A stretch of 64,000 nucleotides of DNA from an uncultured Spirochaetia bacterium (GTDB taxonomy: Bacteria > Desulfobacterota_D > UBA1144 > Nemesobacterales > CSP1-2): NCBI GenBank assembly GCA_964389705.1, contig CAYMEO010000001.1, positions 2,591-66,590 of the forward strand. Reading direction: 5' to 3'. The translations under genes and the position numbers were made by a program. How positions within the stretch are numbered: position 1 is the stretch's first letter; each line of letters starts with the position of its first letter. This document shows positions 1 through 7,537 of the stretch, one piece after another. A model generated the notes under the pieces. That model was not told where the DNA came from. It was given only the letters and a program-made list of their open reading frames with translations, and did no database searches.

Positions 1-236
1 TTTCTATTTCCTCCTTTTCGTACTGAACAGGACTTACCTTAAAACTGTAGAGAGCTTCTATAAATTCTTGTCTCGAAAGACCAGCTATCTGTGCAGCCCT
101 CTCCTGAGAGATCTTACCAATTTCATACCACTTCACCGCAGCCGCTAATCTCAATTCTTTAGCAAAGCTTTCCGGGTCTTCTTTCACAGCGGAAAAAACA
201 TCTTCAGGAAGTTCAAAAGCTATTTGGGTTGACATA
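1..236 (-). CDS. UPF0175 family antitoxin-like protein (partial; start at 236, 3' end beyond window)
   Basis: Own translation of the minus strand from the ATG at 234-236: MSTQIAFELPEDVFSAVKEDPESFAKELRLAAAVKWYEIGKISQERAAQIAGLSRQEFIEALYSFKVSPVQYEKEEIE. This matches the UPF0175 pattern MST..ELPDDL...GKIS.GKAAELAG.SR.EF.E.L. The ORF runs off the window edge. Confidence 0.5.
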
Positions 237-249
237 ATTTATCCTCCTG

Positions 250-432
250 CTATTTCTTAATTATTGGCTTATATCCTTTTTCATCAAAATGACACTTTAA
301 AGCGTCTTTAATGTTTTCCCTGAGTTCCTCTAAAGTTTCACCTTCTGTGAATATAGAATGTCCAAGGGCTTTGGCGTTATATCCGCCCTCAGGGTCTTCC
401 TCAACCATAAAAATTATCTCTTCTACTTTCAT
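250..432 (-). CDS. HicB-like antitoxin (UPF0150/HicB_lk family) small protein
   Basis: 60 aa ORF. Contains EDPEGGYNAKALGHSIFTEGETLEELRENIKDAL, which matches the HicB-like signature (GGY..P.L.G..T.GET.EEA..NI.EAL). No hicA partner was seen. Confidence 0.55.
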   Translation of the reverse strand: MKVEEIIFMVEEDPEGGYNAKALGHSIFTEGETLEELRENIKDALKCHFDEKGYKPIIKK

Positions 433-435
433 ATC

Positions 436-612
436 TCAGACCTCCCTTGAAATCAAATTTGTTACCCTCTTCTTCCCACTCAGCAAATCATCCATCAATC
501 CCTTTTTCACCCTTTCCAGCTTCTCTTTTTTCTTCCTTAACAACTCCAGCCTCTTATCCACCGTGCTGAGAATCTCAGCGATTTTTTCTGTTCAGAAAGT
601 GGAGGGATCGGT
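436..612 (-). pseudogene. 3' fragment of a second hsdS (Type I RM specificity subunit) gene, frameshifted
   Basis: Minus-strand translation gives (PIPPLSEQKK)/frameshift/IAEILSTVDKRLELLRKKKEKLERVKKGLMDDLLSGKKRVTNLISREV*. This is near-identical in DNA and protein to the C-terminus of hsdS at 1936-2100. The T-run is 6 here (582-587) versus 7 in hsdS. A stop codon lies immediately upstream and there is no N-terminal part. Confidence 0.7.
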
Positions 613-637
613 CAATGCTTTCTCCAATTCATCAATC

Positions 638-856
638 CTATTTTTCTAGAGCGTTAAGTATTCTCTGACGAAGTCCTATTATCGTAAGTCCAACCACTTC
701 CATGGTTTGCGGTTCTACCCTGGCAATTATGCCTTCTCCAATATCCATTCCTTCAGCATTTCTCGGCTCTCCAACAGAGATATAGAGAACATCTGCTTCT
801 GCATCGTATTCCCAGTTTAAATCTTTTTGTTTTTCATTAATCTTCAGGGTTTCCAT
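638..856 (-). CDS. DUF2283 domain protein (antitoxin-like)
   Basis: 72 aa. Contains WEYDAEADVLYISVGEPRNAEG...EGIIARVEPQTMEVVGLTIIGL, matching the DUF2283 pattern Y.YD.E.DALYI.L......E.....GVI.D.D..G..VGIEIL. Confidence 0.6.
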   Translation of the reverse strand: METLKINEKQKDLNWEYDAEADVLYISVGEPRNAEGMDIGEGIIARVEPQTMEVVGLTIIGLRQRILNALEK

Positions 857-886
857 GTTGTATTGAATCTATCTGAACACTGACTA

Positions 887-956
887 TGTCATTCTGAGCG
901 CAGCGAAGAATCTATGGATTTAATGCTGAGATGCTTCACTTCGTTCAGCATGACAA
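887..956. repeat. REP/MITE-like imperfect palindrome, copy A (family GTCATYCTGAGC..GAAGRATC)
   Basis: Left arm TGTCATTCTGAGCGCAGCGAAGAATCT. Loop of about 15 nt. Right arm AGATGCTTCACTTCGTTCAGCATGACA, the inverted complement. Same family as the copies at 3249, 3347, 3744, 5776 and 5879. Confidence 0.7.
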
Positions 957-997
957 ACGGATAATCCTCACCCAGATTTGACATTCCTCCTTTATCA

Positions 998-1273
998 TCA
1001 AAGAGTCCCTAACGCTTTCTCCAATTCATCCTTTTTGAACTCAAGATGGTCGAGCCTCTGTAAATCCTGCCATGTTTCTTTCTCCTCAATCTCACCTTTT
1101 TTGTATCGCTCTTCAAACTCTTCAACCGAAGAAACTCCGTATTTTGTTCTTATCTTAAAAATTTCCGTCTTTATCTCTCTCAGTTTTCTTTCCAGGAAGA
1201 GCCGTAAACTTTCTCTTAGCATCTCTTCCTTTGAAAGATTTAGCTTCTTGGCTAATTCTTCTATTTCCTTCAT
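998..1273 (-). CDS. small charged coiled-coil protein with N-terminal ribbon-helix-helix-like segment (putative antitoxin or transcriptional regulator)
   Basis: 91 aa. The N-terminus MKEIEELAKKLNLSKEEMLRESLRLFLERKL fits an RHH (strand-helix-helix) pattern. The rest is a Glu/Lys-rich helical region. No confident family assignment. The 3' end (DELEKAL) is duplicated as a fragment at 612-640. Confidence 0.35.
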   Translation of the reverse strand: MKEIEELAKKLNLSKEEMLRESLRLFLERKLREIKTEIFKIRTKYGVSSVEEFEERYKKGEIEEKETWQDLQRLDHLEFKKDELEKALGTL

Positions 1274-1314
1274 CTCTAGTTGTGTATCTTACCCCTTGTT
1301 ATAGGTTAATTTTC

Positions 1315-1924
1315 TTAGGGATTCCGTATTACTTTCTCGCTTTTTTCAATATTGTTTGGATTTTCTTTATCTGTTTCCCATTTTATAGGGTTGTTAACAA
1401 TGTATTCCCTTATACGGTTTAAGGATTCTTCATTTCTTATAATATGTTCATAATAATTGCGTTGCCATACAGGCATACCAGGCGTTTTCCGAATTATGTT
1501 TATATGTTTTGCTGAATGCATTTTATACCAACCTACGATTTTGGGAATCAACATTTTTCGGCGGAATTGTTGTAATTGTAGGGGCAATTAGCTTCGCTGA
1601 AATGCCCCACCCGCTACCCGCATTTTCATGAATTGCCCCTACGGAATCCTTGATGATAATGATTCCGTGTATGTGATTTGGCATTATAACAAATTCGTCC
1701 AATTCTACATTTAGAAAATGTTCTGGTATTTCTAACCAGAATTTCCTCACGACTTCCCCAAATGGTGACAATCTAATTAGAGATATGTTGTCATCTATAA
1801 TTTCTCCTAATAAACACTCCTTATTCTTTGTGCATATTGTTATAAAATACGCTCCCGATTTGGAATAGTCGTAATCCCTTAACCTTAGAGAATGTCTATG
1901 ATATTTTTCTCTAAAATCATTCAT
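1315..1924 (-). pseudogene. REP-associated tyrosine transposase (RAYT / IS200-like Y1 transposase), frameshifted
   Basis: Two overlapping ORFs. 1523-1924 encodes the N-terminal part: HRHSLRLRDYDYSKSGAYFITICTKN...VELDEFVIMPNHIHGIIII, with the HUH motif HIH. 1315-1587 encodes the C-terminal part: RRKMLIPKIVGWYKMHSAKHINIIRKTPGMPVWQRNYYEHIIRNEESLNRIREYIVNNP, with the catalytic Tyr region. The frames are joined only across an insertion of about 38 nt at 1588-1625. The gene starts 12 nt after the hsdS stop. Confidence 0.75.
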
Positions 1925-1935
1925 AGTTGATCCCT

Positions 1936-3231
1936 TTATCCTACTTTCACTCTTATTCTCCCACTCAGCAAATCATCCATCAACCCCTTCTTCACCCTTT
2001 CAAGCTTCTCTTTCCTCTTCCTCAACAACTCCAACCTCTTATCCACCGTAGAAAGAATCTCAGCGATTTTTTTCTGTTCGGGAAGGGGAGGGAGGGGGAG
2101 TTTTATCTTTTCTACTTGTGAGCTATTTAAGGCAGGATACTGTCCTCCTACCATCATTTTATTACATTGTTCTATAACAGGTTTTGAGAAGAGAGTATAC
2201 AGTAAATAGAGAGGCAATATTTTTTCTTTGCAAGTTAGTACAGCAAATCCTGTTGAACATATCTGGTTATCATACTCTCTAGGAACAATCGCAAATGCTT
2301 TTAAATATGGACGAACCATAGACATAATAACATCGTTATAATGAATCAATCTTCTTGCTCTTGAAGGAGCTTCTTTTCCAACCATTGCTTTAGCATTTCT
2401 AACAATTCCCCGTCCATTTTCAACAGAGTCAATATCAATATAAAAGAATTGTTTGTCTGGAAATTCTCTTGTAGGGTCTCTTGATTCTTTATTAATATCA
2501 ACTACTTCTTTTAATTCCTTAATCTCCCACTCCTTCGGTATCCTTCCTATATCCGTATCCGTTTGTTTAAATTCTCTTCTCCCCTGTCTACCGTCTACCG
2601 TATTCCGTCTACCAGTCAATAGCTCCTGCATCAAGCCCTTCTTCAGCCTCTCGGTCTTTTCTATGGCTTCATCAACCTTCTCAATGGCTTTATCCACAGT
2701 AGAAAGAATCTCTGCAATTTTTTTCTGTTCGGGAAGTGGAGGGAGAGCAATAGTAATAGCTTCCAATGTACTCTTCCTTATGGATGGTGCCGCTGTCTGT
2801 CCAGCTAGTCGTTTAAGGTCGATTTTCTCTAAAAGATAATAAAACAAAAATTCTGGTTCTATTTCATTTTTTGAAATTAGTCCTGCAACATTGTTGTCAA
2901 AAGTTCCCCAAATTTTTAGAATCCTAAATTTATTTAGGTATGTGGACATTCCAATTTTAGGAAAAATAATTGTGTTTGGTGGACAAATTTTAACCTTCAA
3001 AGTTTCTAAGATCGTATCATCTATAAAATTCTCTGAGTAGCTTATGTATTTAGGAGCAAGATTTAGATCATTTACTTTGATAAAAGGATACTTTCCATCT
3101 TTGTTTCCCTGATACTTTATAGGAAATCCAAATCCACTTACTACTTCTGCTATTTCTCCCAACCTCACCACATCCCACTCCTTCGGTATCCTTCCTATTT
3201 CTGTTTGCTTGAATTCTTGTTGTGTCGTCAT
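1936..3231 (-). CDS. hsdS: Type I restriction-modification system specificity subunit HsdS
   Basis: 431 aa. Two target-recognition domains, each preceded by EFKQT.IGRIPKEW. Two copies of the conserved coiled-coil spacer LPPLPEQKKIAEILSTVDK..E......RLKKGLMQ/DLL. This is the classic duplicated HsdS architecture. Confidence 0.9.
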   Translation of the reverse strand: MTTQQEFKQTEIGRIPKEWDVVRLGEIAEVVSGFGFPIKYQGNKDGKYPFIKVNDLNLAPKYISYSENFIDDTILETLKVKICPPNTIIFPKIGMSTYLNKFRILKIWGTFDNNVAGLISKNEIEPEFLFYYLLEKIDLKRLAGQTAAPSIRKSTLEAITIALPPLPEQKKIAEILSTVDKAIEKVDEAIEKTERLKKGLMQELLTGRRNTVDGRQGRREFKQTDTDIGRIPKEWEIKELKEVVDINKESRDPTREFPDKQFFYIDIDSVENGRGIVRNAKAMVGKEAPSRARRLIHYNDVIMSMVRPYLKAFAIVPREYDNQICSTGFAVLTCKEKILPLYLLYTLFSKPVIEQCNKMMVGGQYPALNSSQVEKIKLPLPPLPEQKKIAEILSTVDKRLELLRKRKEKLERVKKGLMDDLLSGRIRVKVG

Positions 3232-3248
3232 CCTATTTTTGCCTCTTT

Positions 3249-3324
3249 TGTCATTCTGAACGAAGTGAAGAATCTAGGGTTCAATTTAATTTCACTAGAT
3301 CCTTCGCTGTCGCTCAGGATGACA
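3249..3324. repeat. REP/MITE-like palindrome, copy B
   Basis: TGTCATTCTGAACGAAGTGAAGAATCTAG ... CTAGATCCTTCGCTGTCGCTCAGGATGACA, about 28 bp inverted arms. Confidence 0.7.
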
Positions 3325-3346
3325 GATACTATAGACCAGTCCTAGA

Positions 3347-3404
3347 TGTCATTCTGAGCCGAAGGCGAAGAATCTGAGACCCTTCGCTAACGCTCAGGGT
3401 GACA
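3347..3404. repeat. REP/MITE-like palindrome, copy C
   Basis: TGTCATTCTGAGCCGAAGGCGAAGAATCTGAG / ACCCTTCGCTAACGCTCAGGGTGACA, inverted arms. Confidence 0.7.
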
Positions 3405-3438
3405 AAAACGACCTCTTTGTTCATTGCGTTTATCAAAA

Positions 3439-3723
3439 TCATCCTTCACTCAAATCCTTCCATTCTGGATTTATGGATTCAATCAAAGCTATCTTTTTCC
3501 TTCGCAACCATCCCTTGATTTGCTTCTCCCTTGCAATCGCGGCTTGGACATCATCAGTTTCCTCATAATATACTAGCTTTGTGATGTTGTATTTTTTAGT
3601 GAAGCCATCAATCATTTTGTTTTTATGTTCATAGACGCGTCTCATTAGGTCGTTTGTCACACCTGTATATAATGTCTTTGAACGGTTGGTCATTATGTAA
3701 ACATAATATCGGTTCATTTGCAC
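3439..3723 (-). CDS. GIY-YIG nuclease family protein (YhbQ/UPF0213-like small standalone nuclease domain)
   Basis: 94 aa. Motif YVYIMTNRSKTLYTGVTNDLMRRVYEHKN matches GIY-(10-11)-YTG..R...H.. Flanked on both sides by the REP-like palindromes. Confidence 0.85.
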   Translation of the reverse strand: MQMNRYYVYIMTNRSKTLYTGVTNDLMRRVYEHKNKMIDGFTKKYNITKLVYYEETDDVQAAIAREKQIKGWLRRKKIALIESINPEWKDLSEG

Positions 3724-3743
3724 AATTGCCTTAGTTGGCTATG

Positions 3744-3831
3744 TGTCATTCTGAGCCGAAGCGTAGCGAAGGCGAAGAATCCCGGAGTTTGAGATGCTTC
3801 GCTAGATCCTTCGCTGTTGCTCAGGATGACA
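3744..3831. repeat. REP/MITE-like palindrome, copy D
   Basis: TGTCATTCTGAGCCGAAGCGTAGCGAAGGCGAAGAATCCCGGAG / ...GATCCTTCGCTGTTGCTCAGGATGACA. Confidence 0.7.
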
Positions 3832-3852
3832 GCATTGATTAATAAAATTAAC

Positions 3853-5610
3853 TCACAAGCCGTTACTTTCCTTTAGCTCCCTAAGATACCCATCAATCCT
3901 TCTTTCAATCTCCTGAAGCTCCTCCTCCAATGCACGGATTTCCTTCCACTCTTCCTCAACATTTATCTCTTCGCTTTCTTCCTCAGGAAACACATAAAGC
4001 GTAACATTCAGGTTATAGTCATTCTCTTTTATCTTTTCCAAATCAACAGCCTTAGAAAACCCATCTGAATCTTTGAATTCCCTATAAGCCTCAACTATTT
4101 TCTCTATATTCTCATCTCCCAGTTGGTTGAGTTTCCTTACTTCAGGGTGCTGTTTGAATTCCCTACTTGCGTTTATGAATAGTATTTTCCCTCTTCTTTC
4201 CTCCGGCTTGTTTTTATTGAGGATTATCACGGCCCCAGGCGCTCCTGTGTTATAGAAGAGCTTTTCGGGAAGGAGAATGACGGATTCTATCAAATCGGAA
4301 TTTACTACCCCTGTTCTTATTACCTTTTCCTTTCCTCCCCTAAAAAGGCAACCGTTGTCTATTACAACTCCAACCCTTCCCGTCTTGTCATACGCAGAAG
4401 CCAGCATGTGCTCTATCCATGCCCAGTCTGCGGACTGCTTGGGAGGAAACCCGAACTTAAATCTCTCCTTCCAGAACTCCCCTCGCTTCAGGATTTCCTC
4501 ATCGTATCCGTCTTGATTCCACGGCGGATTGGCTATCACGATATCGAATCTCTTTATTCTTTCACCTTCTTTAAACTTGGGATAAAGCAATGTGTCTCCA
4601 AGTGTAAGCTGAGCGTTTCTTATATCATGTATGTAGAGATTCATTTTAGATAGGGCAAGTGTCTTATGATTGGCTTCTTGTCCAAAGAGAAAGAGCCTAT
4701 CCGCTTCGCCTTTTCCGTGTTCATTCTCAACATGCTGGTATGAGGTTATGAGCATACCTCCAGAGCCACACGCCGGGTCATAAACGCCTTCACCGGGCTT
4801 TGGATTGAGTATTTCAACAATGAGTTTTATAACCTCTCGCGGGGTGTATACCTCTCCCTCTTTAGCCTTCTGAGGGGCAAAATATCTCAAAATCCATTCG
4901 TAGGCATCTCCAAGGATGTCTGGGGATACATGATTAAGAGGCTTGGCGCTGAAGAGTTCAACAAGCTGCCTTAATATCTCCGCGTTTTCCCTATTTGTGG
5001 TGAATTGAACAAAGTCCACATTTTCAAATACGTCCTTGAGTTCCGGGTTTCTCTCCGCGAGGGTCTTCATCGCCTTTGAGAAGTTTTCAGGCAACCTTGC
5101 GGGCTCTTTTCTTATTTCTTTCCACAGGAATCCTTCGGGAATGTCGAAGTCATGGTAAATCGAATTCTTGGCTTCTTCTCTTGCCTCTTTGTCACTTAGC
5201 CCATCCGAAAGGGCTTCGTTATAAGCCCCTTCAAACTCCATTTCCCACTTATCGCTTATTCTCTTATAGAAGAGGAGAACGAGTATGAAGCTGTAATCAA
5301 CCCTTGTCCTTATGAGATCGGCTGCCCCTTTTAGAAGCGATTCAAGGTCGCTCCTTGTTAATTGATTTTTATCTATTGATAACCTCTCGGATATTATTTT
5401 CACTCTGTTTTCCAGCCGGTATATCCTCTTTCTAGCATCCTCGGAATCAAACTCCACTTTTAACAATTTCTGCTTTCTTAGCTCGGAGAGGAAAACATTT
5501 ATCTGATCTTCACTATCCTGCATCTTCTCTTTAAGAACCTTGGCGGCGTCTTCAAAACGGAAATCATTGTCATGGTGCTCATCCCCACAGAATCTTATAT
5601 CTCTTCTCAA
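3853..5610 (-). CDS. hsdM: Type I restriction-modification system DNA methyltransferase subunit HsdM (N6-adenine)
   Basis: 585 aa. HsdM N-terminal domain. SAM motif I is DPACGSGGML. Motif IV is NPPW (FDIVIANPPWNQ). Confidence 0.9.
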   Translation of the reverse strand: MRRDIRFCGDEHHDNDFRFEDAAKVLKEKMQDSEDQINVFLSELRKQKLLKVEFDSEDARKRIYRLENRVKIISERLSIDKNQLTRSDLESLLKGAADLIRTRVDYSFILVLLFYKRISDKWEMEFEGAYNEALSDGLSDKEAREEAKNSIYHDFDIPEGFLWKEIRKEPARLPENFSKAMKTLAERNPELKDVFENVDFVQFTTNRENAEILRQLVELFSAKPLNHVSPDILGDAYEWILRYFAPQKAKEGEVYTPREVIKLIVEILNPKPGEGVYDPACGSGGMLITSYQHVENEHGKGEADRLFLFGQEANHKTLALSKMNLYIHDIRNAQLTLGDTLLYPKFKEGERIKRFDIVIANPPWNQDGYDEEILKRGEFWKERFKFGFPPKQSADWAWIEHMLASAYDKTGRVGVVIDNGCLFRGGKEKVIRTGVVNSDLIESVILLPEKLFYNTGAPGAVIILNKNKPEERRGKILFINASREFKQHPEVRKLNQLGDENIEKIVEAYREFKDSDGFSKAVDLEKIKENDYNLNVTLYVFPEEESEEINVEEEWKEIRALEEELQEIERRIDGYLRELKESNGL

Positions 5611-5775
5611 GCCAGTTGGGTATCATAAGCTTCCTCCCTCGATTATATAAGCTTTTAAACAATTACTTATACTATAAGCAGAAAGGATAATTATCAAGAG
5701 AAGGTAGAAAAATCGCAGTCAAAAGTAGAAGAAAGGATTAGAAATGACATCTAGAGCTGATATTATAATAGGGTC

Positions 5776-5845
5776 TGTCATCCTGAGCGGTAGCGAAGGA
5801 TCTACCTCTTCTGGCTTCTTTGTCGCTTCGCTCCTCAGAATGACA
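5776..5845. repeat. REP/MITE-like palindrome, copy E
   Basis: TGTCATCCTGAGCGGTAGCGAAGGATCTACC ... TGTCGCTTCGCTCCTCAGAATGACA. Confidence 0.65.
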
Positions 5846-5878
5846 TTTATGGGTGTATTGGAGTTGCTCCCGGTATTT

Positions 5879-5990
5879 GTCACTCTGAGCACATTCATTA
5901 TTATTCAGTGTAAACTCCGCGAAGAATCTCGGAGTGCTAGACCCTTCGCGGAGTTTACACTGAATAAGGCACGCCCTGAGTGCAACCGAA
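5879..5990. repeat. REP/MITE-like element, copy F, with nested perfect 19 bp inverted repeat
   Basis: GTCACTCTGAGC...CAGTGTAAACTCCGCGAAG AATCTCGGAGTGCTAGACC CTTCGCGGAGTTTACACTG...GCCCTGAGTGCAAC. Confidence 0.65.
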
Positions 5991-6066
5991 GGGTGAATGT
6001 GTTTGGAATGATAACACTAAATGCAAAGTTTGACTCATCTTCAACTCTAATTTAACCTAAACCCGC

Positions 6067-7467
6067 ATGAGTGTGAGAACGAGATTTGCTCCAAGCCCAA
6101 CGGGGGCGCTCCATATAGGCGGGGCAAGGACTGCGATCTTTAACTGGCTTTTTGCAAGGCACTATGGCGGAAAATTTATTCTCCGAATTGAAGACACAGA
6201 TCGTGCCCGCTCTACCGAAGAATCTGTATCTGAGATATTAGATGGCATGACATGGCTCGGACTCAATTGGGATGAGGGTCCGTTCAGGCAGTCCGATAGA
6301 CTCTCTATTTACCAGGAATATGCCGAAAGGCTCCTTCAGTCTGGAAAGGCATACAGATGCTATTGCACGCCAGATGAGCTTGATAGGAGAAGGAAAGAGG
6401 CGGAAAAACAGGGAAGGATCTACAGATACGAGGGCACATGCAGAAGTCTGAAATCCAATCCCCTAGATAAGCCCTTTGCTATCCGTCTTATGACTCCTGA
6501 GGTGGGGACCATTGAGGTTGATGATTTAATTAGGGGAATTATCCATTTTGATGCCAAAGAGATTGACGATTTTGTTATTCAAAAGACAGATGGGTTTCCG
6601 ACATATAACTTTGCCGTAGTAATTGATGATGCCACTATGGATATAACCCACGTCATACGCGGGGACGACCATATTGCAAACACCCCAAAACAGATCCTCA
6701 TATATGAGGCGTTATCTCAAGGGATTCCCAAATTCGCTCATGTCTCAATGATTCTTGGCTCTGATAAGGCAAGACTAAGCAAGAGACACGGCGCTACCTC
6801 GGTCATTGCATATAGGGAGATGGGCTATCTTCCGGAGGCGGTTGTAAACTATCTTGCCCGTCTCGGCTGGTCTTATGGGGATCAAGAGATCTTTTCAAAA
6901 GAAGAGTTGATTGAGAAATTCACGCTTGAGAATGTGGGGAAATCTGCTGCCGTTTTTAATCCTGAAAAACTCTTATGGCTAAACGGTTGGTATATAAGAA
7001 ACAAACCGGCTGAGGAGATTGCGAGGCTTCTGATTCCGTTCCTACAAAAGAAGGGATTTCAGGTTGCTTTCGATGAGAGGCTTATAAAGATCGTAAGTGT
7101 ACTTCGAGAAAGGGCAAAGACACTCCTAGAGCTCGCTGACTCTGCGCAATATTTCTTCACCGATGAAATCAAGTATGAAGAGGTGGCTCGAAAGAAGTTT
7201 CTTACATCCGATGCGCTTCCGATTCTTGAAGAACTCATAAATAGGCTCTCTTCCCTTCATGATTTTACGGCCCCAGAGCTGCAAAGGATATTTGGAGAAA
7301 TTACGGAGAGGAGGGGAATAAAGCTCATTCAAATCGCCCAGCCAACAAGGGTTGCTCTTACCGGAGGAACGGTAAGCCCTGGAATCTTCGAGGTAATGGA
7401 GATTCTAGGAAAGGATAGGGTGATAGAGAGATTAAAAAGGGCAGTCTCCTATATTTCAAAAAATTAA
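6067..7467 (+). CDS. gltX: glutamyl-tRNA synthetase
   Basis: 466 aa. RFAPSPTGALHIGGARTA (HIGH motif). ...RLSKRHGA (KMSKS-like motif). Typical GltX length. Confidence 0.95.
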   Translation: MSVRTRFAPSPTGALHIGGARTAIFNWLFARHYGGKFILRIEDTDRARSTEESVSEILDGMTWLGLNWDEGPFRQSDRLSIYQEYAERLLQSGKAYRCYCTPDELDRRRKEAEKQGRIYRYEGTCRSLKSNPLDKPFAIRLMTPEVGTIEVDDLIRGIIHFDAKEIDDFVIQKTDGFPTYNFAVVIDDATMDITHVIRGDDHIANTPKQILIYEALSQGIPKFAHVSMILGSDKARLSKRHGATSVIAYREMGYLPEAVVNYLARLGWSYGDQEIFSKEELIEKFTLENVGKSAAVFNPEKLLWLNGWYIRNKPAEEIARLLIPFLQKKGFQVAFDERLIKIVSVLRERAKTLLELADSAQYFFTDEIKYEEVARKKFLTSDALPILEELINRLSSLHDFTAPELQRIFGEITERRGIKLIQIAQPTRVALTGGTVSPGIFEVMEILGKDRVIERLKRAVSYISKN

Positions 7468-7537
7468 GTAGCTCTGCTTTCATCTACTCTCAGGGAATAG
7501 TATTAGAAGAGATGCCCTTACAGTAAGAGCGAAGATC

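Noticed and set aside
311-649. 112 aa plus-strand ORF (Ser/Phe-rich low complexity)
   Set aside because: Antisense to the HicB-like gene and the hsdS fragment. Low-complexity translation with no motif. Explained by minus-strand coding.
978-1304. 108 aa plus-strand ORF
   Set aside because: Antisense to the better-supported 91 aa minus-strand gene. Ser/Phe-rich composition typical of reverse-strand reading of Glu/Lys-rich genes.
887-5990. Possible CRISPR array
   Set aside because: The repeats are imperfect palindromes of differing length, irregularly spaced by kilobases with genes between them. No short uniform direct repeats with unique spacers occur anywhere in the window.
5744-6055. 103 aa plus-strand ORF between hsdM and gltX
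   Set aside because: Runs straight through REP copies E and F, so its translation is dictated by the palindromes. No RBS or motif.
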